A stretch of 64,000 nucleotides of DNA from Elusimicrobiota bacterium. Lineage in GTDB: Bacteria > Elusimicrobiota > Elusimicrobia > UBA1565 > JACRDR01. The DNA lies in NCBI GenBank assembly GCA_016194745.1, contig JACQBA010000012.1, forward strand, positions 85,224 to 149,223, read 5' to 3'. The notes under the pieces are model-generated. The model worked only from the letters and a program-made list of their open reading frames with translations. It was not told where the DNA came from and did no database searches. Of the stretch, positions 63,580 through 64,000 are shown in pieces (within the stretch, counting starts at the first letter, position 1; every line of letters begins with the position of its first letter). Position numbers and translations under genes: made by a program.

Positions 63580-64000
63580 CTAGCGGAAGATGTCCTTGTA
63601 CCACTGCTCCTCGGCGGCTTTCTCGCCGAGCCGCATCTTTTGGCGGATCTCGGCGGGGTCCCAGCCCGTGAGCGTGGCCAAGGTCTTCGCCTCCTGCTCG
63701 CGGCGCTTGGCGAGCTGCCGGCGGTAGTCGCCCGCCTCGGGGCAGCTGCCGTCGTCCTTCCACGCGTGGCGCATCACGTAGCGCCCCTGGAAGTTCTGGT
63801 TGTCGGCGGTCTCCTGGAAGACCAAGTCCTCCGGGAAGTGCTCGGGGTCGTAGCGGACGTGCAGGCGCGTGATGAAGACCGGCACGCCGCCGCCCGCCCA
63901 ACGCCCGCCGCGCCGCGGCCGGATGCCGGGCTGCAGGGCGCTGCCGTCGTCGCTCAGCCAAAAGACGCCCGCCTGCCGGAGCTCCTCGGGCGAGAGCGGA
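63580..64000 (-). CDS. Hypothetical protein (C-terminal part; gene continues past the right edge of the window)
   Basis: Hand translation shows the frame stays open upstream of the track GTG at 63885 to the window end (..FWLSDDGSALQPGIRPRRGGRWAGGGVPVFITRLHV..). No motif recognised. Confidence 0.4.
   Translation of the reverse strand, partial: PLSPEELRQAGVFWLSDDGSALQPGIRPRRGGRWAGGGVPVFITRLHVRYDPEHFPEDLVFQETADNQNFQGRYVMRHAWKDDGSCPEAGDYRRQLAKRREQEAKTLATLTGWDPAEIRQKMRLGEKAAEEQWYKDIFR

Overview
This is a 64-kb, roughly 70% GC bacterial chromosomal segment. Its composition and gene content suggest a myxobacteria-like or deltaproteobacteria-like genome, with many signal-peptide proteins and a Ser/Thr kinase carrying TPR repeats. 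The six-frame ORF track is dominated by long spurious ORFs typical of high-GC DNA, so I chose real genes by recognisable protein motifs and strand-consistent operon structure. Tight 4-bp ATGA/GTGA start/stop overlaps support several co-transcribed gene pairs. Recognisable housekeeping genes are asnS, tag, an RlmI-like rRNA methyltransferase and a MurU-like uridylyltransferase. Other recognisable genes include an RND efflux pump next to a TolC-like channel, a CPA2 antiporter, a TauE/SafE exporter, a TMEM175/DUF1211 channel homologue, a beta carbonic anhydrase, a Macro-domain protein, a LysR regulator divergent from an Old Yellow Enzyme, and a Ser/Thr kinase. The most unusual content is of three kinds. 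First, an 82-bp palindromic MITE-like element occurs twice in inverted orientation around a 3.5-kb five-gene block. A second pair of 40-bp inverted repeats carries the same GGTGCCAGGTTTT terminus and brackets a two-gene membrane-protein cassette next to asnS. Second, there are several unusual domain fusions: PTS EIIA(Ntr) fused to MgtE, an AmgK-like kinase fused to a RapZ C-terminal domain, and a membrane domain fused to a THEP1-like NTPase. Third, a four-gene soluble signalling operon contains a CheB-CheR-PAS fusion, a histidine kinase with a degenerate CheR-like domain, a CheY-like receiver and a PAS histidine kinase. I found no CRISPR arrays, rRNA or convincing tRNA genes.
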